Assembly: GCA_035557715.1 (NCBI GenBank)
Contig: DATMDQ010000121.1
Coordinates: 16,962-80,961 of the forward strand
Length of the DNA stretch: 64,000 nt
Reading direction: 5' to 3'
From: Gemmatimonadales bacterium
Lineage (GTDB): Bacteria > Gemmatimonadota > Gemmatimonadetes > Gemmatimonadales > GWC2-71-9
Shown here: one piece after another, positions 37,371-46,377 of the stretch
Layout: every line of letters starts with the position of its first letter
Position numbering within the stretch: the stretch's first letter is position 1
Notes under the pieces: generated by a model
The model's database searches: none
Seen by the model: only the letters and a program-made list of their open reading frames with translations
Told to the model about the DNA's origin: nothing
Made by a program: the position numbers and the translations under genes

Positions 37371-37856
37371 ATGGCCGAGCTTCATTATATGGAGATGGGC
37401 TGGTCCGGCTCTGGATGGATGGATCCGCTGCCGATGGAGAACATCCCTTCTTCAGCGCCGTCCTCCTCCTCACCGTCATCATTCAACGACTACAACGAGC
37501 CGGCCGCCCGTCCGCGGAAAAAGACCGCTAAGAAGACGGCCACCAAGAAGTCGGCCAAGAAGTCCGGCAGAACGGCGAGGAAGGCCGCCAGGAAAGCGGG
37601 GAGATCGGCGAGGCGTTCGGCTCGCAAGAGCGCCCGCACGGGTAGGAAGGCTGCTCGTAAGGCCGGTCGGTCAGCCAAGCGTTCAGCACGCAAGAGCGTC
37701 CGAAAGGTTAAGAAGGCTGTTCGTAAGGTCGGTCGGTTAGCCAAGCGCTCGGTCCGCAAGAGCGCCCGAAAGGGTAAGAAGGCTGCTCGTAAGGCCGGTC
37801 GGTCAGCCAAGCGTTCGGCTCGAAAGAGCGCCCGAAAGGGCCGCAAGTCGTCCTAG
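37371..37856 (+). CDS. Highly basic repeat protein (histone H1/AlgP-like composition)
   Basis: GGAGGA 6 nt upstream of ATG 37371. Short acidic/aromatic, Ser-rich N-part, then four 22-aa K/R/A/S repeats (KAARKAGRSAKRSARKSARKGK). Confidence 0.6.
   Translation: MAELHYMEMGWSGSGWMDPLPMENIPSSAPSSSSPSSFNDYNEPAARPRKKTAKKTATKKSAKKSGRTARKAARKAGRSARRSARKSARTGRKAARKAGRSAKRSARKSVRKVKKAVRKVGRLAKRSVRKSARKGKKAARKAGRSAKRSARKSARKGRKSS
37581..37844 (+). repeat. 66-bp tandem repeat x4 inside the basic protein gene
   Basis: Units start at 37581, 37647, 37713 and 37779. Copies 2-4 are nearly identical by eye. Confidence 0.9.
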
Positions 37857-39709
37857 CCGCGAGCCTCCAGTCTGGCCAGGGCCGCGGCGCAGTTGATCAA
37901 TGCAATGTGCGTAAAGGCCTGCGGGAAGTTTCCCAGGAACTCCCCGCTGGCCGGGTCGATCTCCTCGGAGTAGAGCCCGACGTGGTTGGCGTGCCGGAGC
38001 ATTCGCCGGAAGATTCGCTCCGCCCGCTCCCGGTCGCCGATCATCGCGAGGGCCTGGGCCAGCCAGAAGGTGCAGATCGAGAACGCGCCCTCCTCCCCTT
38101 CAAGACCATCCGGGTGTCGATACCGGTACACCAGCTCGCCGTCCACGGTGGTCAGCTCCCGCGCCACCACCCGCACCGTGCTGTGCACCCGGGGGTGATT
38201 CCAGGGCAGAAATCGGAACATCGGGATGGCCAGAGTGGCTGCGTCGAGCACCTCGTCATCGTACGATTGCACGAATGACTGGCGCGAATCGCTCCAGCCT
38301 CGCTCCATGATCTCCGCATGCAACGTGTCACGCGCGATGCGCCAGGCAGCGGTATTTCCCTCCAGGCTCAGTTCTTCGGCCATCCGGACGCCGCGATCGA
38401 GCGCCACCCAGCTCATCACCTTGCTGAACACGTAGTGGCGAACCTCGCCTCGTACCTCCCAGATGCTCGAGTCGGGTCGGTGCCAGTTTTCGCTCACCCA
38501 GTCGACCAGCCCCCGCAGCACCCGCCAGGTCCCCTCCGTCATCTCGTGGTTGCGGCGCCAGATGTCGGCAGTCTCCATGACCTCGCCGTAGACGTCGAGC
38601 TGGAGCTGGCCGACGGCCCCGTTGCCCACCCTGACGGGGCGTGACCCTCGGTACCCGCTCAGATGGTCGAGCTGACGCTCGATCAGGTCGCGGCGTCCAT
38701 CGATTCCGTACATGATCTGGAGGTGTCCGCCCCCTTCGTGCCGGCAGACCTTCTTGAGGAAGCGCATGAACTGATCGGCTTCCCGGTAGTGGCCGACGTT
38801 ATCGAGGGCCGCGAGGGTAAACGCCGCGTCCCGGAGCCACACGAAGCGATAGTCCCAGTTGCGCACCCCGCCAATCGTCTCGGGCAGTGATGTCGTAGGC
38901 GCGGCGATGAGCGCTCCCGTCTCCGCGTGGGTGAGCAGCTTGAGCGCCAGGGCCGAGCGCTTCACCATCCCCCGGTATGCCCCCTTGTAGCGCACCTTGG
39001 ACGACCATTTCTGCCAGAATGCCGCGGTGTCGTCGAGCTTGCGGGCGCTCTCGTAGCGGTCGACCGGATGGATATCGTCGTCGTCGTAGCGCAGGACCAC
39101 CCAGCGCTCCTCACCCTTCTGTATCTCGAACCGGGTGGTCGCGATCGATTGTTCGATGACCCACTCGAATGGCTTGGCGCTGGAGAGGGTGAGGACCTGG
39201 TCGGTTCGGTCGGTGGCGAACAGGCCGGCTTTGAGGGACTCGAGCCGGGTGGCCCGGGCCCCGTACTCGAAGCGCGGCATGAAGATCATGTTCATGGTTA
39301 CCCGGCCGCGGCTGCAGCGGAGGCGCCGATGAATCTCGGGGTGCTCACCCAAGGGCCGGCCCTCCTCGCCCACCGGCATGAAGTCGGTGACACTCACCGT
39401 CCCATCTTCGGCGGTCCGAAACGTCGTCTCCAGGATATTGGTACGCGGGAGATAGCGCTGGGTGGAGGTCCACTTGCCCTCCGGGCGCACTGACCAGGAG
39501 CCCCCCCGCTCCGGGTCCAGGAGGGAGGCAAACACACTCCCGCTGTCGAACCGGGGCAGGCAGCACCAGTCGATGGAGCCGTCGAGCCCGACCAGCGCCG
39601 CGGTCCGCATGTCGCCGATCAGGCCGTAGGCGGATATCGGTTGTTGGGGCACGGCACTAGCGCGCCGAGGCGTGGCCTCGGCCGACAGGAGGGGCTGGAC
39701 ATCGGCCAT
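37853..39709 (-). CDS. Glycoside hydrolase family 15 (glucoamylase/trehalase-type)
   Basis: YGLIGDMRTAALV...DWCCLPRFDS, NWDYRFVWLRDAAFT. The ORF extends to 39820, but ATG 39709 (MADVQP...) avoids overlap with the divergent gene. Confidence 0.85.
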   Translation of the reverse strand: MADVQPLLSAEATPRRASAVPQQPISAYGLIGDMRTAALVGLDGSIDWCCLPRFDSGSVFASLLDPERGGSWSVRPEGKWTSTQRYLPRTNILETTFRTAEDGTVSVTDFMPVGEEGRPLGEHPEIHRRLRCSRGRVTMNMIFMPRFEYGARATRLESLKAGLFATDRTDQVLTLSSAKPFEWVIEQSIATTRFEIQKGEERWVVLRYDDDDIHPVDRYESARKLDDTAAFWQKWSSKVRYKGAYRGMVKRSALALKLLTHAETGALIAAPTTSLPETIGGVRNWDYRFVWLRDAAFTLAALDNVGHYREADQFMRFLKKVCRHEGGGHLQIMYGIDGRRDLIERQLDHLSGYRGSRPVRVGNGAVGQLQLDVYGEVMETADIWRRNHEMTEGTWRVLRGLVDWVSENWHRPDSSIWEVRGEVRHYVFSKVMSWVALDRGVRMAEELSLEGNTAAWRIARDTLHAEIMERGWSDSRQSFVQSYDDEVLDAATLAIPMFRFLPWNHPRVHSTVRVVARELTTVDGELVYRYRHPDGLEGEEGAFSICTFWLAQALAMIGDRERAERIFRRMLRHANHVGLYSEEIDPASGEFLGNFPQAFTHIALINCAAALARLEARG

Positions 39710-39794
39710 TGCCCAAGTATAAGCCGTGCGTGATGGAACTTGCATCGCGGGGTTCGACCGCCCACCTTCCAGCATCTTTTCCACCGATATCTTC

Positions 39795-40265
39795 ATGCGC
39801 ACCATGGTCCTCGCGGCCATCGTCCTCGCGGCTTGCCGTGGGAGCGCGAGGCCGACGACAGCCCCCTCCCCAGGTCCCGACTCCGTCGGCCTGACTCGCC
39901 TTATCGCGGCGCAGTTGGATCGCGCGGCTTTGGACTGGAACCGGGGGGATCTGAACGGTTTTCTCTCAGACTACGCTCCGGAGAGCACCACCACTTTCAT
40001 CGACGGGCAGCGGGCCCGGGAAGGGATCGCCTTCATCCGGGGAAACTACGCGCCCCGATTCGCGCCCGGCGCCAGACGAGACAGCCTTCATTTCGAAGAG
40101 CTGCGGGCTCGCAGCCTGAGCCCGACGCTCGCTCTCGTAACCGCGCGGTTCATTCTCCAGCGGGGATCCGAGGTTACCGCCAGCGGGCCCTTCACTCTCG
40201 TCATGGAACGCCGGCCGGAAGGATGGAAGATTCTTCACGACCACTCGTCCAGTGATCCACGCTAG
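39795..40265 (+). CDS. DUF4440/SnoaL-like (NTF2 fold) lipoprotein
   Basis: MRTMVLAAIVLAAC lipobox. LDWNRGDLNGFLSDYAPEST...WKILHDHSS. Confidence 0.55.
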   Translation: MRTMVLAAIVLAACRGSARPTTAPSPGPDSVGLTRLIAAQLDRAALDWNRGDLNGFLSDYAPESTTTFIDGQRAREGIAFIRGNYAPRFAPGARRDSLHFEELRARSLSPTLALVTARFILQRGSEVTASGPFTLVMERRPEGWKILHDHSSSDPR

Positions 40266-41622
40266 CGGCCGGCTGGGGCGCATTGCCCTGGTTGCTACGC
40301 TGTTCCTCGGATGCAAGTCGGGGGGACAGGATGGTGTCGCACTTGTCGGAGCTACGCTCATCGACGGTAGCGGCGGGCCGGCGGTGGCCAACGCAGCGAT
40401 CGTCGTGCGCGGCGGCAGAATCGAGTCGGTGGGGTCACGGAGCGACTTTCAGCTCCCCAAGAAGACCCGCGAGGTCGATGTCTCGGGGCGATGGGTCATC
40501 CCCGGCCTGATCGATGCCCACGTCCACCTGGCACCGGCGCTATCCTGGGCGCCGCCCCGCTTTCTGGCTTGGGGCGTCACCACGGTTCGAGACGCGCACG
40601 GCGGCATTACCTCGCTGGCCACGCTGAAGAGACGCTCCAGCGAGGGCGCGCCTGATGGCCCCCGAGTGTATCCGGCCGGCGCCATGATTGATGGCTTGCC
40701 GGCAACCTTTCCGGACGCCATCGCGGTCAACAACGAGAACGAGGCCCGGAAGGGCGTGGACCAGCTGGTCAGCGCTGGGGCTGAATTCATCAAGGTCTAC
40801 ACCCGCATCGACCCGCCACTCCTGCGGGCGATCGTGGACGAGTCGCGCGCTTTCAATCTGCCGGTGTCCGCCCATCTGGGGATGAGCGACGCACTGAGTG
40901 CGGCCAAGGCCGGCGTCGCATCGATCGAACATCTCACCGGCGTGCCCGAGTCGGCCTTACCCAACGCGTCGTCGCTGCTCAGCGCTCACTACCGGGGATT
41001 CTTCGCCGGGTGGACGGCCTTCGAGCGGAGTTGGGCCAGCCTGGATTCGGCGGCCCTGACCCGGGTGGCCAACCGGCTGGCCGATGCAAAGATCATCCTC
41101 ATTCCCACCCTGGTGCTGCACGAAGCGCTGAGCCGCCTGGATGAGCCCGGACAATCGCGCGATCCCGGCCTACAGGACGTGCCCGAGGCCCAGCAGAAGG
41201 ACTGGGACGTGCGGGGGCTCATTGCCCGCACCGGTTGGACGCAGACCGATTTCGAGGCATTCCGAAAGTCTCGAGCCAACCAGGATCTCTTCCTTCGACA
41301 GTTTGCCGCCGCCGGCGGACGGCTGGCCGCCGGAACCGACGCCGCCAACCAGATGCTGGTACCGGGCTACAGCGAGCATCGCGAGATGGAGCTCCTGGTC
41401 CGCGCCGGTCTGACGCCGAGAGAGGCGTTACGTGCCGCTACCCGCAACGCCGCGGTTTTGCTCGGCGCCGACTCGCTCGGCCTTCTCGCCCCCGGCAAGG
41501 TCGCCGATCTGGTGGTCCTCTCCAAGGATCCGCTGGTGGATATCCGTAACACCCGCGCCATCACCTCGGTCATGGCTCGAGGATATCTGCTCGACGCGGA
41601 TTCGATTCGCGCCACCTGGTAA
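40252..41622 (+). CDS. Metal-dependent amidohydrolase family protein (secreted)
   Basis: VIPGLIDAHVHL HxH motif with a typical amidohydrolase_1 layout. Lipobox LFLGC. Confidence 0.8.
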   Translation: MIHASGRLGRIALVATLFLGCKSGGQDGVALVGATLIDGSGGPAVANAAIVVRGGRIESVGSRSDFQLPKKTREVDVSGRWVIPGLIDAHVHLAPALSWAPPRFLAWGVTTVRDAHGGITSLATLKRRSSEGAPDGPRVYPAGAMIDGLPATFPDAIAVNNENEARKGVDQLVSAGAEFIKVYTRIDPPLLRAIVDESRAFNLPVSAHLGMSDALSAAKAGVASIEHLTGVPESALPNASSLLSAHYRGFFAGWTAFERSWASLDSAALTRVANRLADAKIILIPTLVLHEALSRLDEPGQSRDPGLQDVPEAQQKDWDVRGLIARTGWTQTDFEAFRKSRANQDLFLRQFAAAGGRLAAGTDAANQMLVPGYSEHREMELLVRAGLTPREALRAATRNAAVLLGADSLGLLAPGKVADLVVLSKDPLVDIRNTRAITSVMARGYLLDADSIRATW

Positions 41623-41624
41623 CC

Positions 41625-42524
41625 GTGAGATCGAGAGACGCGCAGGAAGGCATCGAACGCCTGCAACTGTTTTTCGCCGAACTCTCTACCCGGCAGGGCG
41701 TATTGGCCCGCCAGGCCCTGGGCCAGGCGGCCTCCGGCGACGAGGTGCTGGCCCGGCGCCTGGTGGACGACATGAGAGCGGAAACCGGAATGGATGGCAG
41801 CATCTCCGGGGCGGCAGTTGCTACAATCTGGCGAGCCCATGAGCTTCTGGATCTGGGCTGTGCCGGTGATCAGGCCGGGACGGTGCGGGTCATGGGTTGG
41901 GTGCTCGGCCTCCAGAGCAAGCCGGGGGCGTTCAGCGAGGGCTGTAGCCCACCTCGCCACGCGCATCGCGCCTGCGAGCACTTCATCTCGGGCTTCTTCT
42001 CCCCCGCACCGCCCATGCAACGCTTCGCGCCGGTCATGTTCCCCAATGGAAAGGTGTTCAGGGCCGAGCCCGCGGCGCGCTTCGCGATCAGCTGCCTGGC
42101 GCTGCGGGCGGCGCTGCGCGGCCGGATGGAGCAACGGCCTGAGGTCGCCCAACACCTCGCCAGCCTGTTCCAGCTGCAGGAGCAATGGGACGACTGGGGC
42201 GGGTACTTCGCTCCGGACACTATCGTCGCGGGCATTCACACCCTGGCCTTTGCCGCCGACATGCACCGGGAGGTCCTGCCCAGGCTGGCCCGCTCGGTGG
42301 CAGCCAACCAGGCTGAGGATGGGACCTGGACCCACGCAGACTTGTTCCACACCATCGAGGCCCTGCAGGCGGTGGGAACGAAGGAAGCACACGCCGCGGT
42401 GCGCCGGGCGGTTCCGGCCCTGCTGGCTCGCCAGCGCATCGACGGCAGCTTTGGCTCAACCGCTCAGCAGGAACGAGCCCTCATCGCGTTGCGTGCATTG
42501 ATCTGGGCCGGGAAGGAGATGTAG
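41625..42524 (+). CDS. Prenyltransferase/terpene-cyclase-repeat (alpha/alpha toroid-like) protein
   Basis: Three QxxxG(x)[WF]-type repeats: LQSKPGAF, NQAEDGTW, RQRIDGSF. Confidence 0.45.
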   Translation: MRSRDAQEGIERLQLFFAELSTRQGVLARQALGQAASGDEVLARRLVDDMRAETGMDGSISGAAVATIWRAHELLDLGCAGDQAGTVRVMGWVLGLQSKPGAFSEGCSPPRHAHRACEHFISGFFSPAPPMQRFAPVMFPNGKVFRAEPAARFAISCLALRAALRGRMEQRPEVAQHLASLFQLQEQWDDWGGYFAPDTIVAGIHTLAFAADMHREVLPRLARSVAANQAEDGTWTHADLFHTIEALQAVGTKEAHAAVRRAVPALLARQRIDGSFGSTAQQERALIALRALIWAGKEM

Positions 42525-42525
42525 G

Positions 42526-43590
42526 ATGACCAACCCCCCGACCGAGCAGAAACCTCGTGTCCGTCTCACCGCACTCTCGCACGGCGCCGGTTGCGCCTGC
42601 AAGCTCGGGCCAGCAGACCTGGCGCAGGTGCTGCGGCTCTTGCCCAGCGTCGTGGACGCGCGGGTGCTCATCGATGCCGGTACCAGAGATGACGCCGCGG
42701 TTTTTCTGTTGTCTCCCGACCGGGCCCTGGTCACGACCGTGGACTTCTTCACCCCCATCGTGGATAACCCCGCATCGTGGGGAGCCATCGCGGCCGCCAA
42801 CGCGTTGAGCGACATCTACGCGATGGGGGCCACTCCACTGTTTGCTCTCAACCTGCTCGGCTGGCCCCGGGACCGCGTCCCGTTCGAGATGCTGGCCGAG
42901 GTGCTCCAGGGAGCCGCGGAGGTAGCCGAGCGGGCGAAATGTCTGATTCTCGGTGGCCATTCGATCGACGCCGTCGAGCCTATCTTCGGGATGACTGTGA
43001 TCGGCGAGGTCCACCCCGACCGGATGCTCACCAACGCGGCGGCATGTGCCGGCGATATTCTGGTGCTGACCAAGCCCCTGGGGACGGGCATCCTGGCCAC
43101 CGCCTTGAAGCGCGACGCACTCCTCGAAACCGGCATGGCGGACGCGGTGCGATCCATGACCACCTTGAACGACGGGGCCGCTCGTGCCGCGCTGAAGGTC
43201 GGAGTGAGTGCCGCAACGGACGTGACGGGATTCGGCCTCATCGGCCACCTGACCGGCATGTTGGATGCAAGCAAAGTTGCGGCGGAGATCGCGTTTGAAT
43301 CGCTCCCCATCCTGCCTCATGCCCGGAACCTGGTTTCCCGTGGGGTGGTGTCAGGAGGCACCGAGCGAAACTACGCTGCGGCCGACCGGGTGGAATGGGC
43401 GGCCGATCTCAGCCAGGCGGATCGATTCCTCTGTGTGGATGCGCAGACCTCGGGTGGGCTGCTGCTGGCGGTGCCCCCGGAAAACGAAGCCGCCCTGCTC
43501 GCTGCCTTGCGGGAGGAGCAGACTCCGGTGGCGGCCGTCATCGGCCGGCTGACCGCAGGACCCGCCGGACACCTCCGCGTGGTGCGTTGA
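42526..43590 (+). CDS. selD: Selenide, water dikinase (selenophosphate synthetase), Cys form
   Basis: LSHGAGCACKLG glycine-rich N-loop with Cys, DDAAV, AIR-synthase-like fold. GGAAGGAG RBS. Confidence 0.9.
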   Translation: MTNPPTEQKPRVRLTALSHGAGCACKLGPADLAQVLRLLPSVVDARVLIDAGTRDDAAVFLLSPDRALVTTVDFFTPIVDNPASWGAIAAANALSDIYAMGATPLFALNLLGWPRDRVPFEMLAEVLQGAAEVAERAKCLILGGHSIDAVEPIFGMTVIGEVHPDRMLTNAAACAGDILVLTKPLGTGILATALKRDALLETGMADAVRSMTTLNDGAARAALKVGVSAATDVTGFGLIGHLTGMLDASKVAAEIAFESLPILPHARNLVSRGVVSGGTERNYAAADRVEWAADLSQADRFLCVDAQTSGGLLLAVPPENEAALLAALREEQTPVAAVIGRLTAGPAGHLRVVR

Positions 43591-43705
43591 AAGGACGGGA
43601 AGGACGGGAAAGTTCTGAAGGATGTAAGACGAGATAATGGACGTGAACTACCTTTGTGCTGCCCCCCTCCCCAACCTTCCCGACTTTCCCGTCTTTCCCG
43701 TCCTT
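43591..43705. repeat. Inverted 9-mer arrays: (AAGGACGGG)n ... (CCCGTCYTT)n
   Basis: 43591-43612 pairs with 43684-43705 at 21 of 22 positions. Degenerating 9-mers continue into the 71-nt loop. Starts 1 nt after the selD stop. Confidence 0.9.
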
Positions 43706-43722
43706 CCCTTCTATCTTCCGGC

Positions 43723-43947
43723 ATGTCACCAATTCGCTGGACCGCGCAACGCATGGACCAGCTGGAGTACGCCGCCCGGCGAGGACTCCGGGTGGCTCTG
43801 TCACGGCGGGGAACCGAGTATATCGTGGTGGCCCTGCGGGTGACGTCGGCCGGCCGCGACGAAGTGTTTGTGGGCCGGCTCCCCATGACGGGCGATGAGC
43901 TGACCTTCCACCTGGGCGACATCGACAGTTTTCAGGTGATTGAGTGA
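43723..43947 (+). CDS. Small hypothetical protein (74 aa) coupled to rnhA
   Basis: ATG 43723 lies just past the repeat arm. GTGA overlap with the rnhA start. Confidence 0.4.
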   Translation: MSPIRWTAQRMDQLEYAARRGLRVALSRRGTEYIVVALRVTSAGRDEVFVGRLPMTGDELTFHLGDIDSFQVIE

Positions 43948-44558
43948 GCCGCATCGCCATCGTGCATCTGGATGAGAGCTGTCTGGGCAATGGCCGGGAG
44001 GGTGAGAACCACGGTGGGTACGGAGGCCTGATCGAGGCCCGGACCCGGCCCGGCCTCCAGCGCCGAGACTTCTATGGCCACTCAGCGGCCACCACCAACA
44101 ACCGGATGGCGCTGATCGGGGCAACCGCAGCACTCCAGCTTCTCGGTGCCAAGGGCACCCGGATGCGGGTCCTGATGGTTTCGGACTCCGAGTATCTGGT
44201 GAAGGGCATGCGCATGTGGGTGCCGGGCTGGGTGGGCCGCGGGTGGAAGCGGTCAGGCGGTCCAATCGAGAATCTTCAGCTGTGGCAGGACCTGGTGGCT
44301 GCCGCGAAGAAGCACGACGCCCAATGGACCTGGGTGCGGGGCCACGCCGGCCACCCCAAGAACGAATACGCCGACGAGCTCGCCGTGGGAGCTGCCCGGG
44401 AACAGAAGACCTCCGCGGGAGCGGTGGAGTCGAAGTTTCTCGAATGGCTGGCGGCCAAGCAGGCCAAGAAGAAGTTTCTGGGTTACGACCCGGACCTTGA
44501 GAACGAGACGCTGGAGCAGCGGCTCGCGGCTGGCGAAGACTTTCCCCTGGCCGGTTGA
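43944..44558 (+). CDS. rnhA: Ribonuclease HI homolog with Glu-to-Ala at the catalytic DEDD Glu and a ~50-aa C-terminal extension
   Basis: LDESCLGN (D10), TTNNRMALIG (E. coli TNNRMELMA), VSDSEY (D70), GHAGHPKNEYADELA (H124, D134). Confidence 0.8.
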   Translation: MSRIAIVHLDESCLGNGREGENHGGYGGLIEARTRPGLQRRDFYGHSAATTNNRMALIGATAALQLLGAKGTRMRVLMVSDSEYLVKGMRMWVPGWVGRGWKRSGGPIENLQLWQDLVAAAKKHDAQWTWVRGHAGHPKNEYADELAVGAAREQKTSAGAVESKFLEWLAAKQAKKKFLGYDPDLENETLEQRLAAGEDFPLAG

Positions 44559-44578
44559 ACAATTTGGGAGGTATTCAC

Positions 44579-45250
44579 GTGGACGACCTGGAGCGGTTCT
44601 TCCGGCAGATCGTTCGGAACCTCGCCGCGACGGATCCGGCCCGGCTTCATCGGCCACTGCCACTGGCCGAGCTGCGTGACTCCATCCTGCCCTACCGGGC
44701 CAACCGCCGGGCGCTCGAGCTGGACAGCAGTGAGGACTATGAGCTGGTGCTGATGCGACTCTGCGCCGGAGAGGGCGGCTTCGCGCGAACCGAGCCGGCC
44801 GAGGTGCGAGTCGAGTTCGAGGTGGAAGTGGGGAGCTCCAACCCCGACCTGGGGATCGTACACCGGCATCCGAACGCGGTGGTGAGCCTCGAGCCCAAGC
44901 CGCTCGCGCTGGCGCTCAACCATCAGCCGGGGCTCGCTTTTGCTCCGCCAGATGCTACCGGTCGGATGCTTGCCCGGGAAGAAGTCGCAGTGGCGTTGCC
45001 GGAGATGGAGCCGCTTGACCAAGTAGGCCCGACTGGACCGCTCAGCCAGCCCGCATCACAATGCCCTCTATGTAATAGGGCGCTCCCGACCGGGCGGGTC
45101 GTCAATTTCTGTCCCCACTGTGGCGCCAGTCAGGGGCTCACCCGCTGCCCCGCCTGCCAGACCGAGACCGCAGCCGGCTGGCGGCACTGCGTCAGCTGCG
45201 GCTTTGCCATTGGCGCGGGTAGTCGAGGCAGAATGCCACCCTCAGCATGA
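44579..45250 (+). CDS. Hypothetical protein with a C-terminal double zinc ribbon
   Basis: CPLCN...CPHCG...CPACQ...CVSCG. GGGAGG 7 nt upstream of GTG 44579. The ORF opens at TTG 44555. Confidence 0.5.
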   Translation: MDDLERFFRQIVRNLAATDPARLHRPLPLAELRDSILPYRANRRALELDSSEDYELVLMRLCAGEGGFARTEPAEVRVEFEVEVGSSNPDLGIVHRHPNAVVSLEPKPLALALNHQPGLAFAPPDATGRMLAREEVAVALPEMEPLDQVGPTGPLSQPASQCPLCNRALPTGRVVNFCPHCGASQGLTRCPACQTETAAGWRHCVSCGFAIGAGSRGRMPPSA

Positions 45251-45349
45251 CGTAATGCCGCGGCAGGTGCCCTCCCGCTGAGACTCTGCCCGGCCCGCAA
45301 CTTGCCAATCGGTACGCCATCCCTGCCTCTCTGTGAATAACGGAAGATC

Positions 45350-46291
45350 ATGCTGCGACCTGCCCTTGCCGCCGCCCTGCTCCTCGTGTGCCTCAGTATG
45401 GCACTCCATGCCCAGGCCAGACCTGAATCCGCCGACAGCGCGGACGTGCTCGTACTCGACCACGACTTCTCGGCTGGTGATGAGCTGGTTCGGATCTTCC
45501 TCGCCGACGGACAGGTCTATCGCGCTGAACTGAGCAGCACGGACGCGACGCTCCAGCTAAGCCCACGCTACAGCGGTCGGCGAATCCCACGGATCTACCC
45601 GATTTCAGACCCCAGATCGCCGAGCGGCTCGTCGGTCGTTGAGATCTATCCCGACGAGGACGGCGAGTACGAGATCCGGACCATAAGCATGCAGGGCTCG
45701 CGTCTCTCTACCCGGTTGCGGATCTATCGCGACATTGCCGGGTCGCGTCGCCGCGTGGCAGCCGCCGAGAAGCCGGGTTGGGATCTGGGCGTCGAGGTAG
45801 GTGGCGGCTGGCATAGCGGATTTGTGCAGACCAGCGTCGTGCCGGCCATCGGAAGCGAGCCCAACGGGGGTACCGACCTCGAGGCCTGCCTCTCGGCCCG
45901 CAGCGCCCCAAAGACCCCCAGGTTCGGCATGTGCGTCCTGGGTGTCAGCAACCAAGCTCAGAGTGGCGCCCCCAGTATGCTGTGGGTCTATACCGAGCCG
46001 CGGCTTGGAGTGCTGCGGCCCGACCGAAATGGGTACTCCAGTTGGGAGGCGGGCGCGCTCTTCAGGTTCGGGGTGGATATCAAGTCGGCCACGCCGACGG
46101 CCAGGATGTTCGCTCCCGGTGTATTTCTCTCGCGGCATATCCGCAATAGCAGGCAGGGGACTAGTTGGAGCCTCCAGATGTCCTACTCATGGGCCTTCTT
46201 CAAGGGCTTCAAAAAGCCAGCTTTCAGTACCGGTGATGCCTTCACCCCGAAGAGCCATCGGATCTCCTTCGGCGTCGGATGGTATCGCTAG
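45350..46291 (+). CDS. Hypothetical secreted protein, possibly an outer-membrane beta-barrel
   Basis: Signal peptide ending ALHAQA. Alternating-polarity C-terminal strands ending GVGWYR. Confidence 0.4.
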   Translation: MLRPALAAALLLVCLSMALHAQARPESADSADVLVLDHDFSAGDELVRIFLADGQVYRAELSSTDATLQLSPRYSGRRIPRIYPISDPRSPSGSSVVEIYPDEDGEYEIRTISMQGSRLSTRLRIYRDIAGSRRRVAAAEKPGWDLGVEVGGGWHSGFVQTSVVPAIGSEPNGGTDLEACLSARSAPKTPRFGMCVLGVSNQAQSGAPSMLWVYTEPRLGVLRPDRNGYSSWEAGALFRFGVDIKSATPTARMFAPGVFLSRHIRNSRQGTSWSLQMSYSWAFFKGFKKPAFSTGDAFTPKSHRISFGVGWYR

Positions 46292-46377
46292 ATCTGCTTG
46301 AAGTGGCCTGGGCCTGAGGCCATATTTCGTCTTCCAATGGCTGTCCTCTCAGTCCTCGATTCAACGGCACTCCCCGT

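Noticed and set aside
37490-37846. 118-aa minus-strand ORF mirroring the basic repeat protein.
   Set aside because: It is the antisense reading of the same 66-bp repeats. The plus-strand frame has a good RBS at ATG 37371 and a coherent composition.
42526-43590. In-frame UGA/selenocysteine recoding in selD or its neighbours.
   Set aside because: SelD has Cys (GAGCACK) at the Sec/Cys position. No neighbouring ORF pair looks like one gene split by TGA.
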